NCBI GenBank assembly: GCA_046726415.1
Contig: JBKPAK010000164.1
Coordinates: forward strand, 1 to 13,321
Direction: 5' to 3'
DNA from: Candidatus Methylomirabilota bacterium
GTDB taxonomy: Bacteria > Methylomirabilota > Methylomirabilia > Rokubacteriales > CSP1-6
DNA length: 13,321 nt
Below the pieces are notes generated by a model, which was not told where the DNA came from, ran no database searches, and saw nothing but the letters and a program-made list of their open reading frames with translations. Of the stretch, positions 1 to 10,999 are shown in pieces (position 1 is the first letter of the stretch; each line of letters opens with the position of its first letter). Made by a program: the position numbers and the translations under genes.

Positions 1-378
1 GCTGAGGTACCGCTCGGTGAAGAATTTCGTCCACCGGCTACCAGCGAACCCGAGAAACAGGATGCCCGCGCCGATGACGATGAAGCTCTCCACCAGGACC
101 ACGAGCAGCTGGGCCGCGATTACAGCGAACGCGACGACCACGACGAGAGCGGTGATGCCGGCAATGAGGCTCGCGAAGAAGCCGTCCAGGAGACCGAGAT
201 CAGCGGTCGAGTTCAGGATCTTGTTGGCCAGGGCCAGGCCCTGGTCGAAGACGCCGGTGGGGCTGAGGTCGGTAATCCCCGCGGCGGTCGCACCGGCCTG
301 GGAGAAGCCCTGAATGACCTCGGGGATCCAGGTTCCGCCGTTCAGCAGCAGCGCGTAGAAGAAGCCGAGCGAATCGCC
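1..378 (-). pseudogene. trbL: P-type conjugative transfer protein TrbL (VirB6 family), 5'-truncated; runs off the left edge
   Basis: Manual translation of the minus frame: SLGFFYALLLNGGTWIPEVIQGFSQAGATAAGITDLSPTGVFDQGLALANKIL...AQLLVVLVESFIVIGAGILFLGFAGSRWTKFFTERYLS. This hydrophobic pattern matches TrbL as I recall it. No start codon precedes it: the frame enters the IS end at 380 and meets TGA at 397-399. Not in the ORF track. Confidence 0.8.
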
Positions 379-379
379 C

Positions 380-396
380 TGTCCTTCGCCATAACC
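380..396. repeat. IS terminal inverted repeat (downstream of the transposase)
   Basis: tgtccttcgccataacc; 14/17 match to the reverse complement of 1691-1707. Confidence 0.8.
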
Positions 397-604
397 TCAT
401 CCGGCCTACTTGACGACGATACGAGATCTCGCGACGGCTTCGGCGAACGTTGCGGGAGGGCGTGACGTGCTTCCAGACGGTTCCCACGTGACGTCGTGCG
501 GCGCCGGCGTGGGAGGGCGCGACGGCCCTCAGGGGGCAGAGATCAACGGCGCGCGAAGAAGGGCGGAGGGGTAAGGAGTGAGTGGCGAGGCTGGCGAAGC
601 GCAG

Positions 605-1633
605 CTACGCAGCACGGCGGACGTAGCGATGGTGCAGGCCACCGACTTCGCGGATAGGGACAACCTTGCCGAACTGGGGCGGCTCGACCGGCCTCACGTC
701 CGGAGCATCCTTGGTCAGGGAGAGGTGGGTCCGGGTGCGATGGTAGTACTTGAAGTATCCGGTGAGGATGTTTCGCAGGTGGCGCGCGCTCAGAACGAGG
801 ACATGGTTGAGACACTCTCTGCGGATCGAGCCAATCAGGCGTTCCGCGAAGGGATTCTGCCACGGGCTTCGGGGAGCCGTGAGGACTTCTTGGATCTGCA
901 TGCCCCGCACACGTTGGCGGAAGGAGTCCCCGTAGATGGCGTCTCGATCGCGGAGAAGATAGGCAGGGGCGGTGTCATCCGGGAAAGTGTGCACGATCTG
1001 CTGAGCGGTCCACGCGGCGGTAGGATGCGCGGTGATGTTGAAGTACAGAACGCGGCGCCGATGGTGAGCGAGGACGACCAGGACAAAGAGCACCCGCAGC
1101 TGAGCGGTGGGAACGGTGAAGAAGTCGATCGAGACCATGTCCCGGACATGGTTGGTGAGGAACGTGCGCCAGGTCTGCGAGGGAGGTGTCGGGCGCTTCG
1201 AGATCAGGCGGGAGACCGTGCGCTCGGCTACTTCTATCCCGAGCTTCAGGAGTTCTCCGTGGATTCGGGGGGCGCCCCATAGCGGATTGGCGGCGGCCAT
1301 TTTCCGGACGAGGGCGATGATGGCGGTGTTGACCGGCGGGCGACCCACGGTGGGCCGGCCGGAGAGCTTGGCCCAGTGCTCGCGGAAACGGCGGCGCTGC
1401 CAACGTAGGACCGTGTCAGGAGTCACGATCACGAGGGACTGCCTCCACCCGGCCCAGACCCTGGCCAGCCCGACCCAGAGCAGGCGGTCCGTCGTACGAA
1501 GCTTGGGCCGCGTCGTCGTCCGCTTGTAGACGGAGAGCTGGTGGCGCAAGGCCAGGTTCTCGATGGCTAGCTGGCGGTGGCCGCCGAAGAGGAAGGGGAG
1601 AAGCCGAAGCAGGTGGAGCAGGAGAGCGATCAT
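605..1633 (-). CDS. Transposase, integrase core (rve) domain, 342 aa
   Basis: HTH-like WGAPRIHGELLKLG; DDE triad in SIDFFTV, LLRDRDAIYG and NPFAERLIGSIRRE; C-terminal YYHRTRTHLSL and GGLHHRY. Confidence 0.92.
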   Translation of the reverse strand: MIALLLHLLRLLPFLFGGHRQLAIENLALRHQLSVYKRTTTRPKLRTTDRLLWVGLARVWAGWRQSLVIVTPDTVLRWQRRRFREHWAKLSGRPTVGRPPVNTAIIALVRKMAAANPLWGAPRIHGELLKLGIEVAERTVSRLISKRPTPPSQTWRTFLTNHVRDMVSIDFFTVPTAQLRVLFVLVVLAHHRRRVLYFNITAHPTAAWTAQQIVHTFPDDTAPAYLLRDRDAIYGDSFRQRVRGMQIQEVLTAPRSPWQNPFAERLIGSIRRECLNHVLVLSARHLRNILTGYFKYYHRTRTHLSLTKDAPDVRPVEPPQFGKVVPIREVGGLHHRYVRRAA

Positions 1634-1642
1634 CGAGTCGGG

Positions 1643-1672
1643 ATTGTCCCCGGATCAGAACCGATAAATCAA
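1643..1672 (-). promoter_or_regulatory. Candidate sigma70-type promoter for the transposase
   Basis: TTGATT (1672-1667), 18-nt spacer, GACAAT (1648-1643), 9 nt before the ATG. No Shine-Dalgarno, so the transcript would be near-leaderless. Confidence 0.35.
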
Positions 1673-1690
1673 TGACCTACCCGCCGGCCG

Positions 1691-1707
1691 GGTTTTGGCG
1701 AGGCACA
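1691..1707. repeat. IS terminal inverted repeat (upstream of the transposase)
   Basis: ggttttggcgaggcaca, partner of 380-396. Confidence 0.8.
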
Positions 1708-1708
1708 G

Positions 1709-2620
1709 GACTATCGGACGCGCGGCAAGCTCACGCCCCAGGTCCGATCCCATCTCGCCCCGATCCGGACGCACTTCGGCGGTTGGCGGGCGGCTGAGCT
1801 ACGTGATCGGGACGTCCTGGACTACATCGAGGCCCGACGACGTGGGAATCCCGATGCAGAGGGAACGGTAGACCGGAAGGGTCGGGCCGACGCCACTGTC
1901 AATCGGGAATTGCAGCTTCTCGGGCAGGCGCTCCGCTACGGCGCGGCGAAGTACGCACTCCCGGTCCCGACCATTCCGAAGCTCTCGGAGAAGCACAACG
2001 TGCGGCGAGGCTTCTTCGAGAAGGCCGACTTCGAAGCCGTGGCGAACGCGCTCCCGGACGAGGTAATAGACGTCGCACGATTCGGCTACTTCTCGAGCTG
2101 GCGACGGGGCGAGATCCTCCAGCTCACGTGGTCGGATGTGGACCGGGCAGCAGGCGAGATACATCTGCGGGCCGAGGCATCGAAGAACCGACAGGCACGG
2201 ACGCTCCCCATGGACAGCGAACTCGCGCCCCTCATCGAGCGACGGTGGCAGGCGCGGACGATTCGGCAGCCTGATGGGACGGTCCTGGTCACGGACCTTG
2301 TGTTCCACCGCGCCGGCGCTCCACTGGTCGACTTCCGCAAGACGTGGGCCTCAGCGTGCAAGGCCGCTGGCGTCACCGGGAAGCTGTTCCACGACCTACG
2401 GCGCACAGCGGTCCGCAACATGGTGCGGGCCGGTGTGCCGCAGTCTGTCGCGCAGGAGATCAGCGGCCACCAGACCTCCGCCGTCTTCAAGCGCTACGAC
2501 ATCACGAGCCAGGACGACAAGCGCCGAGCACTTCAGGCACGACAGGCGTACGAGGCAACGCTGCCCGCGGCGCGCACGGTCACTGTTCTTCAGGCCCCGT
2601 CCGCGCAGATGCTCCCGTGA
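1709..2620 (+). pseudogene. Tyrosine recombinase / phage-type integrase, N-terminally truncated (303 aa remain in frame)
   Basis: The frame of ORF 1910-2620 stays open back to the IS end: DYRTRGKLTPQVRSHLAPIRTHFGGWRAAEL...ATVNRELQLL. Catalytic R (WRRGE), K (ASKN), HxxR (HDLR), H (SGH) and Y (KRY) are intact. No in-frame ATG/GTG between 1709 and 1910, and an in-frame TGA lies at 1673-1675 inside the IS. Confidence 0.85.
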
Positions 2621-2625
2621 AAAAC

Positions 2626-2644
2626 TCGGATACTTTTCGGATAC
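2626..2644 (+). repeat. Tandem 8-bp direct repeat TCGGATAC, candidate integrase arm-type binding sites
   Basis: TCGGATAC at 2626-2633 and 2637-2644 (11-bp period), between the integrase stop and the tRNA 3' end. Confidence 0.5.
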
Positions 2645-2677
2645 CGGAGGGGGTTCGCGTTCTGACCCCAGACGCAG

Positions 2678-2712
2678 GAAGTCCCCGAGACCTCAACGAT
2701 CTCGGGGACTTC
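2678..2712. terminator. Perfect 13-bp hairpin downstream of the tRNA, between the convergent tRNA and integrase
   Basis: GAAGTCCCCGAGA (2678-2690), 9-nt loop, TCTCGGGGACTTC (2700-2712), 3 nt past the tRNA CCA. No long U-tract. Confidence 0.6.
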
Positions 2713-2715
2713 GAT

Positions 2716-2792
<77 letters not shown>

Positions 2793-2803
2793 GTGACCCC
2801 TTC

Positions 2804-2832
2804 ACGATATCGCAACGGCCGGGGCCTGTCAA
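2804..2832 (-). promoter_or_regulatory. sigma70 promoter of the tRNA-fMet gene
   Basis: TTGACA (2832-2827), 17-nt spacer, TATCGT (2809-2804), 11 nt upstream of the mature tRNA 5' end. Confidence 0.8.
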
Positions 2833-2900
2833 CGACCCGCGGACCAGGACGCTTCGGTCACCCGAGCGCGCTGGCCGGGCCATTCGGCGCCTCCATCTCC

Positions 2901-4517
2901 CTAGTTGATCCGCTTGGCCTGGCCTTTCCACTCGCGCTCGCGCAGCACGAACTTCTGCACTTTCCCGGTGGACGTCTTGGGCAGGTCGCAGAACTCTACC
3001 GCGCCCGGCGCCTTGAAGCGGGCCAGATGGGCGCGGCAGTGCTCGATGATGTCCGCCTCGGTGGCGCTCTGACCGGGTCTGAGGGTCACGAAGGCCTTGG
3101 GGCGCTCGCCCCACTTTTCGTCCGGCATGGCTACCACGGCGCACTCTAATACCGCGGGATGGCGCGCCACGCACTGCTCCACCTCGATGGTCGAGATGTT
3201 CTCACCGCCCGAGATGATGATGTCCTTCTTGCGGTCGCGCAGCTCGATGTACCCGTCGGCGTGCCACACCCCGATGTCGCCGGAATGGAACCAGCCCCCG
3301 CGGAAGGCCTCGGCGGTGGCATCGGGCTGCTCGAAGTAGCCCTTCATGATGTTGTTGCCCCGCATGACGACCTCACCAAGCGTCTCACCGTCCGTGGGCA
3401 CGTCGTTCATGTGGTTGTCGACCACGCGCACCAGGTCGACCATGACGAATCCCTGCCCCTGGCGAGCAGCCAGGCGGGCCTGGTCCTCGGCGGGCAGCGT
3501 GTCCCACTCGGCGTTCCAGGCACACACCGTGTGCGGGCCGTAGGTCTCGGTCAGCCCGTACACGTGAACGGGACGGAAGCCGAGCTGCTTCATGCGGGCG
3601 AGGAGTGTCGGCGATGGCGGGGCACCCGCCACGGCGGCCGTCACCGGTCGGGCGAGCGGATGGGCCTTGGGATCGTTGATGATGCCGATCTGAACGGTTG
3701 GCGCCCCGGAGTAGTGGGTGATCCCCTCGCCGTCGATCAGGTCCCAGATGCGGCTCGACTCGACCCGGCGCAGGCACACGTGAGTGCCGCCCAGCGCGGT
3801 GACCCCCCACGTGAAGCACCAGCCATTGCAGTGGAACATGGGCAGCGTCCACATGTACCTCGCATCGAAGGTCATACCCGTCTCGATCGTCTCCCCGATC
3901 GCATTCAGATAGGCGCCCCGGTGGTGGATCATCACGCCCTTGGGCCGGCCCGTGGTCCCGGATGTGTAGTTGATGGAAAGGGTCTCGTACTCGTCCTCCA
4001 GCCAGCTCTCGACGGGCTCCGGCGAGCCCTGGGCGAGAAAATCCTCGTAGGGATCGCCGGCGGATCCGGTGTCATCGATCCGGATGACGCGCATGGCCGT
4101 CAGATCCAAGGGCTTCACCGCGCTTTCGAACTCCTGGTCGACGAGCAAGACCTTTGCCCCCGAGTGCTGGAGGATGTAGCCGATCTCGTCAGTGTTCAGG
4201 CGGATGTTGATCGGAACGAGCACGAGGCCCGCCATCGGCACCCCGAAGTGCGCCTCCAGCATGGCCGGCGTGTTGGGAGCGATGATGGCGACGCGATCGA
4301 GATGGCGGAGGCCGAGCGCGCGGAGACTGGAGGCCAGTCGATCGCTCCGCTCCTCGAACTTCCGATAGGTGTAGCGCCGCGCGCCGTGCACGACGGCCGT
4401 CTTGTCGGGGAACACATACGCACTGCGCCGCAGGAAACTGATGGGGGTCAGCTCCGTGCGGTACGGGAACGTCTCCTTGGAGATCCTGACCACGCGCCTG
4501 GCGCGCTCAGTCGTCAT
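2901..4517 (-). CDS. Acyl-CoA synthetase / AMP-binding (ANL) ligase, 538 aa
   Basis: P-loop NYTSGTTGRPKG, YGLTE, GWFHSGD, DRKKDIIISGGENI, LPKTSTGKVQK; GGAGGA Shine-Dalgarno upstream. Confidence 0.93.
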   Translation of the reverse strand: MTTERARRVVRISKETFPYRTELTPISFLRRSAYVFPDKTAVVHGARRYTYRKFEERSDRLASSLRALGLRHLDRVAIIAPNTPAMLEAHFGVPMAGLVLVPINIRLNTDEIGYILQHSGAKVLLVDQEFESAVKPLDLTAMRVIRIDDTGSAGDPYEDFLAQGSPEPVESWLEDEYETLSINYTSGTTGRPKGVMIHHRGAYLNAIGETIETGMTFDARYMWTLPMFHCNGWCFTWGVTALGGTHVCLRRVESSRIWDLIDGEGITHYSGAPTVQIGIINDPKAHPLARPVTAAVAGAPPSPTLLARMKQLGFRPVHVYGLTETYGPHTVCAWNAEWDTLPAEDQARLAARQGQGFVMVDLVRVVDNHMNDVPTDGETLGEVVMRGNNIMKGYFEQPDATAEAFRGGWFHSGDIGVWHADGYIELRDRKKDIIISGGENISTIEVEQCVARHPAVLECAVVAMPDEKWGERPKAFVTLRPGQSATEADIIEHCRAHLARFKAPGAVEFCDLPKTSTGKVQKFVLREREWKGQAKRIN

Positions 4518-4608
4518 TGCCGATCCTCCGTCTCAGAGAGATGGATTCGAACCGTTACGCTACCACAGCGAGCCAGACACTCAGGTGGGCGCGCCGCGGG
4601 AGAGGGAG

Positions 4609-6146
4609 CTAGACTTTCAGCGCCGCGCCCCGGGAGCGAACGGGGTCGCGACCGAGCCTGCCGCGAACGACGCGGTCGGTCTTGGCCGGTTCGAAGTGCC
4701 CGGTCCGGGCCAGCGACCAGAGCACCCGCCAGGCCCCACGGGTGGCGAGGAGCCAGTACGTCTGTGTCCGGAAGGTCCCCGAGAACTTCGCCCACAAGGT
4801 GGTGCGGGCGACGCTGACTCGACGCGGGCAGTACGCCGTCAGGCTTTCGATCATGTCTTGGGTGACGATGCCTCCCACCCAGATCGACATCCCGAGGGAG
4901 ATCGACGGCAGGGCCACGCCGAGTACGAACAGCAGCGGTTGGTCGGAGTACCAGTAGGCGAAGTGCCACCCGAAGTAGCCGATGACCGGATACGCGAGGG
5001 CCGCGATTGGCCACTCCACGACTTTGTTGCCGACGTGACGGAGGAGCTGGGCCAGGTTGAAGGCACGCGGTTCGCGGCGCCAGACCCTCCACAGAAATGG
5101 CGTGTCGTCGAGCACGCCCTTGTACCAGCGCGCGTTCTGGCAAACCATCTTCTCGGTGGTTTCCGGCAGGTCCGTCAGCTCCAGGAGGGGCATGGGCGCC
5201 ATGAGCACTCCCCGGGCGGCGATGGCGTAGCCCAAGGTGGAGTCCTCGGTGGCACCCGAGGTCGGGAAGCCACCGAGCTCGGTGAGGAGATCGAGCCGCA
5301 CGAACTGATTGTGCCCGAGGCAGATCTGCGCGCGCCGCAGGGTGAACTCGAAGATCGGCCTGATGGCGGCGGTCAACCGCGGCGCCCACGCGGTGAACCG
5401 AGCGAACCAGCGCACGCGCCGGGCCTCGTTGACCAGTCGGGCGATTGACACGCGGACAAAGATGGACGACTGCTGCACGGCGCACACGCGGCCCTTCACG
5501 GAGAGCCGATCGAAATTTGCCAAGGACAACGTCACGCCCTGGTAGGCGAGGCTTCCGCCTCCAGGGGCCCTCAGGTCAGCGGCCAGCCAGCGGTACACGT
5601 TGCGGTCGGGGACGGAGTCGGCGTCGCTGACTCCGATCCACACGCGCTGGGCATCGTAGCCCTCGCCCAACAGTGCGCGCAGGTGCTCCTGCCGCAGAGC
5701 CCAGTTGAGCTGGTGAGCCTTCCGGCCGGGGCCCGGCATGGCAAGCTGCGAGAGCATCTTCTGCTGGTAGGGCGGCAGTTCCTGCCGGAGCCGACGCACG
5801 AGCTCGACGGTGGGCGCCGCCATGGCGGGGTGGGGGGCGCGCTCCTCCTCCTCCTTGGTGACGACCACCACGTGCAGCTTGGCGTGCGGATAGCGCGAAG
5901 CCAGCAACGCGCGCACGGTGCCGGCGATGTCCGGCTCCTGGAAGGCCGGCACCAAATGGACGAAAACGGGGGCGTCGGACGCCTCTTCGAAGGTCGCCTC
6001 GTCGGGCAGCTCGGCGAGCCAGGCGTGAGCCTTCTCGACGAAGCGGAGCGTCGTCGCCATGCCCTTCCAGTCCAGGAGGAGCTTGAAGGAGGCCCGTAAG
6101 TTGAAGAGCGACGATAGCGCGAAGAGTAAGGCCCAGTACCACTCCA

Positions 6147-6147
<1 letters not shown>
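4609..6147 (-). CDS. Membrane glycosyltransferase, family 2, processive-type motifs, 512 aa
   Basis: Start reassigned to MEWYWALLF (ATG at 6147, overlapping the ftsB TGA). Motifs LVPAFQE, RKAHQLNWAL, SDADS (DxD), TEDSTLG and QNARW (QxxRW). One N-terminal and several C-terminal hydrophobic segments. Confidence 0.85.
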
Positions 6148-8599
<2,452 letters not shown>

Positions 8600-8603
<4 letters not shown>

Positions 8604-8839
8604 GATTCCTCTTCGGATTCCCAGGTGATGGGGACAGCGGAGACGGCGCCGGATTCGTCACGGGCCAGCATCTCGATCCGCCGCTCCGCCTCGTCGAGAT
8701 AGCGCGAGCAGGCGCGGGCAAGGGCCACGCCTTCCTCGAAGATGGCGAGCGACTCCTCGAGGCGAAGGTGTCCGGCCTCCAGCGCGCTGACGATCTCCTC
8801 CAGACGCCTCAGCTGGTCTTCAAACTTGAGGTCGCTCAT
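8600..8839 (-). CDS. xseB: Exodeoxyribonuclease VII small subunit, 79 aa
   Basis: FEDQLRRLEEIVSALE...LEESLAIFEEGVAL...LDEAERRIEML; overlaps the xseA end. Confidence 0.95.
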
Positions 8840-10172
8840 CGCGTTCCCACGTCGCTTCTACGCGACAGTCGAGGCTCCCTTCGTGGAGCACCACGCGTAC
8901 GTCATCGCCCGCCGCCACCTCCCGCGCGCTGCGGACGATCGCGCCGGAGGGGAGCCGGGTGAGGCTGTACCCGCGGCCCAGCACAGCGAGCGGGGAGAGT
9001 GAATTCAGGCGGCCGGCGGAGAGACCGAGGCGATGCCCGGCCATCACCACCCGCCGGTGCATGGCATTGTTCAGCCCGAGGCGAGCCGCCTCGAGACGCC
9101 GCCGATCCTCCTTAACCCGCACGAACGGACTGGCGGCCCGGAGCGCGCCGCTGGCCAGCTCCAGCCGATGGGCCGCCCGGCGCACGGCCACCGTGACCGC
9201 GCGCCCCAGACGGGCGCGCGCGTCGTCCACGCGCCGCTCCAGGTCGCGCAGGGGGCGCGCGGGATCAGTGAGAACGCGCCGTTGGGCGAGCGCCTCGACG
9301 CGCTCGCGCGAGTGGCGCAGCCGTCGCTGCATCGCCTGGGCGAGTCGGCCGCGCAGCGCGGCCACCTGTTCCACCACCAATTGTTTCTCGCGCACGACCA
9401 GCTCGGCAGCCACCGAGGGCGTCGGTGCCCTCACATCGGCGACGAAGTCCGCGATGGTGTAATCGACCTCGTGGCCCACCGCCGAGATGACGGGAATCTT
9501 CGATCCGGCGATGGCCCGGGCCACCGCCTCTTCATTGAAGGCCCAAAGGTCCTCGAGCGAGCCGCCGCCTCGCCCGCAGATGATCACGTCGACGTCGCCC
9601 CGAGTATTCAGGTCGGCCAAGGCCTGAGCGATCTCCGCGGCAGCGCCGTCGCCCTGCACCTTGCATGGCGCGATGGCGATGGACAGGCCATGGAAGCGGC
9701 GACCAAGGACGCGCAGGATGTCGCGCAGCGCGGCACCGTCCCGCGAGGTGACGATGCCGATGCGGCGAGGAAATGGCGGCAGCGGACGCTTGCGGGTGAC
9801 GGCGAAGAGGCCCTCCGTCTCCAGCCGGGCCCGGAGCTGTTCGAAGGCGAGCTGCAAGGCCCCCACCCCACGCGGCTCCAGCAGTTCCACGATGAGCTGG
9901 TACCCCCCGCGTTGGGCGTACACCTCGAGGCTGCCAAAGGCGAGCACGTGCATGCCGTCCTTCGGCTCGAAGCGCAGGCGCCGGACGCGCGTCCTGAACA
10001 GCGCCGCCGGCAGCTGCGCACCCGCATCCTTCAGGGTGAAGTAGGCATGGCCGGATGCGTAGAGGCGAAAGTTGCTGATTTCGCCCTCGACCCACACGGC
10101 GGGGAAGTGCTCCTCGATCACCTCGCGAAGCCGCGCGGTGAGATCGGAGACGGTCAGGACGGCGCGCGTCAC
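8820..10172 (-). CDS. xseA: Exodeoxyribonuclease VII large subunit, 450 aa
   Basis: WVEGEISN, SGHAYFTLKD, RGGGSLEDLWAFNEE, SAVGHEVD, RAPTPS, LSPLAVLGRGYS. Confidence 0.97.
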   Translation of the reverse strand: MTRAVLTVSDLTARLREVIEEHFPAVWVEGEISNFRLYASGHAYFTLKDAGAQLPAALFRTRVRRLRFEPKDGMHVLAFGSLEVYAQRGGYQLIVELLEPRGVGALQLAFEQLRARLETEGLFAVTRKRPLPPFPRRIGIVTSRDGAALRDILRVLGRRFHGLSIAIAPCKVQGDGAAAEIAQALADLNTRGDVDVIICGRGGGSLEDLWAFNEEAVARAIAGSKIPVISAVGHEVDYTIADFVADVRAPTPSVAAELVVREKQLVVEQVAALRGRLAQAMQRRLRHSRERVEALAQRRVLTDPARPLRDLERRVDDARARLGRAVTVAVRRAAHRLELASGALRAASPFVRVKEDRRRLEAARLGLNNAMHRRVVMAGHRLGLSAGRLNSLSPLAVLGRGYSLTRLPSGAIVRSAREVAAGDDVRVVLHEGSLDCRVEATWERDERPQV

Positions 10173-10945
10173 GCGGGAACGCGCAGGCGCTCGATATCGG
10201 TGGCCCGGCCAGTCTCGGGATCGAGCGTGATGACGGCCCCATGCAGGGCGGCGGGCCCCTTGGCCGTCTCGAACTTCATCGGCATCTGGGTGATGAATCG
10301 CTGGATGATCTGATCGCGATCCACTCCGATGACGCCGTCCGTCGGCCCGGTCAGCCCTAGGTCAGTGATGTAGGCGGTGCCGCCCGGGAGCACGCGCTCA
10401 TCGGCGGTCTGGACATGGCGATGGGTGCCCACCACCGCGGTCACCCGGCCGTTCAGGTACCAGCCCATGGCCAGCGTCTCCGAGGTGGCCTCCGCGTGCA
10501 TGTCCACGAGGATGATTGGCGTCTCCTTGCGGAGCACGGCCACGATCTCGTCGGCCTTGCGAAAGGGGCAGTCGATGGGGTTCATGAAGACGCGTCCCAT
10601 CAGGTTGACGACGCCGACCCGGTAGGGCCCGGCCTTGACCGTCACGTAGCCCACGCCCGGCGTGCCTTCCGGGAAGTTGGCGGGACGGAGAAGGAGATTG
10701 TCCTTCACGATGTGGGGCACGATCTCTTTCTTGTCCCACACGTGGTTGCCGGTGGTCATCACGTCGACGCCCTGTTCCAGGAACGCCTTGGCCATGGGAG
10801 GCGTAACGCCGAACCCGCCCGCGGAGTTTTCGACGTTGACCACGGCGAGGTTGATCGCATGCTGCTCGCGCAGCCGGGGCAGCAGCGTCTGGATGGCGGC
10901 GCGCCCTGGCTCGCCGTAGACGTCACCCACCATCAACACTCTCAT
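10169..10945 (-). CDS. ymdB: YmdB-like (TIGR00282 family) metallophosphoesterase, 258 aa
   Basis: VGDVYG, NVEN, TGNHVWD, RPAN, DMHAEATSE, GTHRHVQTAD; usual position directly after rny. Confidence 0.93.
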   Translation of the reverse strand: MRVLMVGDVYGEPGRAAIQTLLPRLREQHAINLAVVNVENSAGGFGVTPPMAKAFLEQGVDVMTTGNHVWDKKEIVPHIVKDNLLLRPANFPEGTPGVGYVTVKAGPYRVGVVNLMGRVFMNPIDCPFRKADEIVAVLRKETPIILVDMHAEATSETLAMGWYLNGRVTAVVGTHRHVQTADERVLPGGTAYITDLGLTGPTDGVIGVDRDQIIQRFITQMPMKFETAKGPAALHGAVITLDPETGRATDIERLRVPA

Positions 10946-10948
10946 GAG

Positions 10949-10999
10949 CTACCTCGCCACTTCGACCAACACCTGCACGTCCTACCTCGCCACTTCGAC
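10949..10999 (-). repeat. Exact 18-bp direct repeat of the rny 3' end, including its stop codon
   Basis: ctacctcgccacttcgac at 10949-10966 and 10982-10999; period 33 nt. Confidence 0.95.

Larger units (their letters stand above)
380..1707 (-). mobile_element. Insertion sequence, IS481-like (rve/DDE), 1328 bp
   Basis: Terminal inverted repeats TGTCCTTCGCCATAACC (380-396) and, reverse-complemented, TGTGCCTCGCCAAAACC (1691-1707); 14/17 identical with TGT...ACA ends. They enclose a single DDE transposase. Both flanking genes break at these boundaries. Confidence 0.8.

Noticed and set aside
17..487. ORFs 17-313 (+) and 200-487 (-)
   Set aside because: Off-frame overlaps of the real trbL-like frame, which lacks a start codon and so is missing from the track.
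578..1282. 234-aa plus-strand ORF inside the IS
   Set aside because: Antisense shadow of the transposase; no independent evidence of coding.
3159..5448. Long plus-strand ORFs (552 aa and 348 aa)
   Set aside because: Antisense to the acyl-CoA synthetase and the GT2 gene; no domain signatures.
10949..10999. 18-bp repeat pair as a mini-CRISPR, or TAG as pyrrolysine
   Set aside because: Only two short non-palindromic repeats with a 15-nt spacer and no cas genes; one copy is rny coding sequence, and RNase Y ends at its normal C-terminus.
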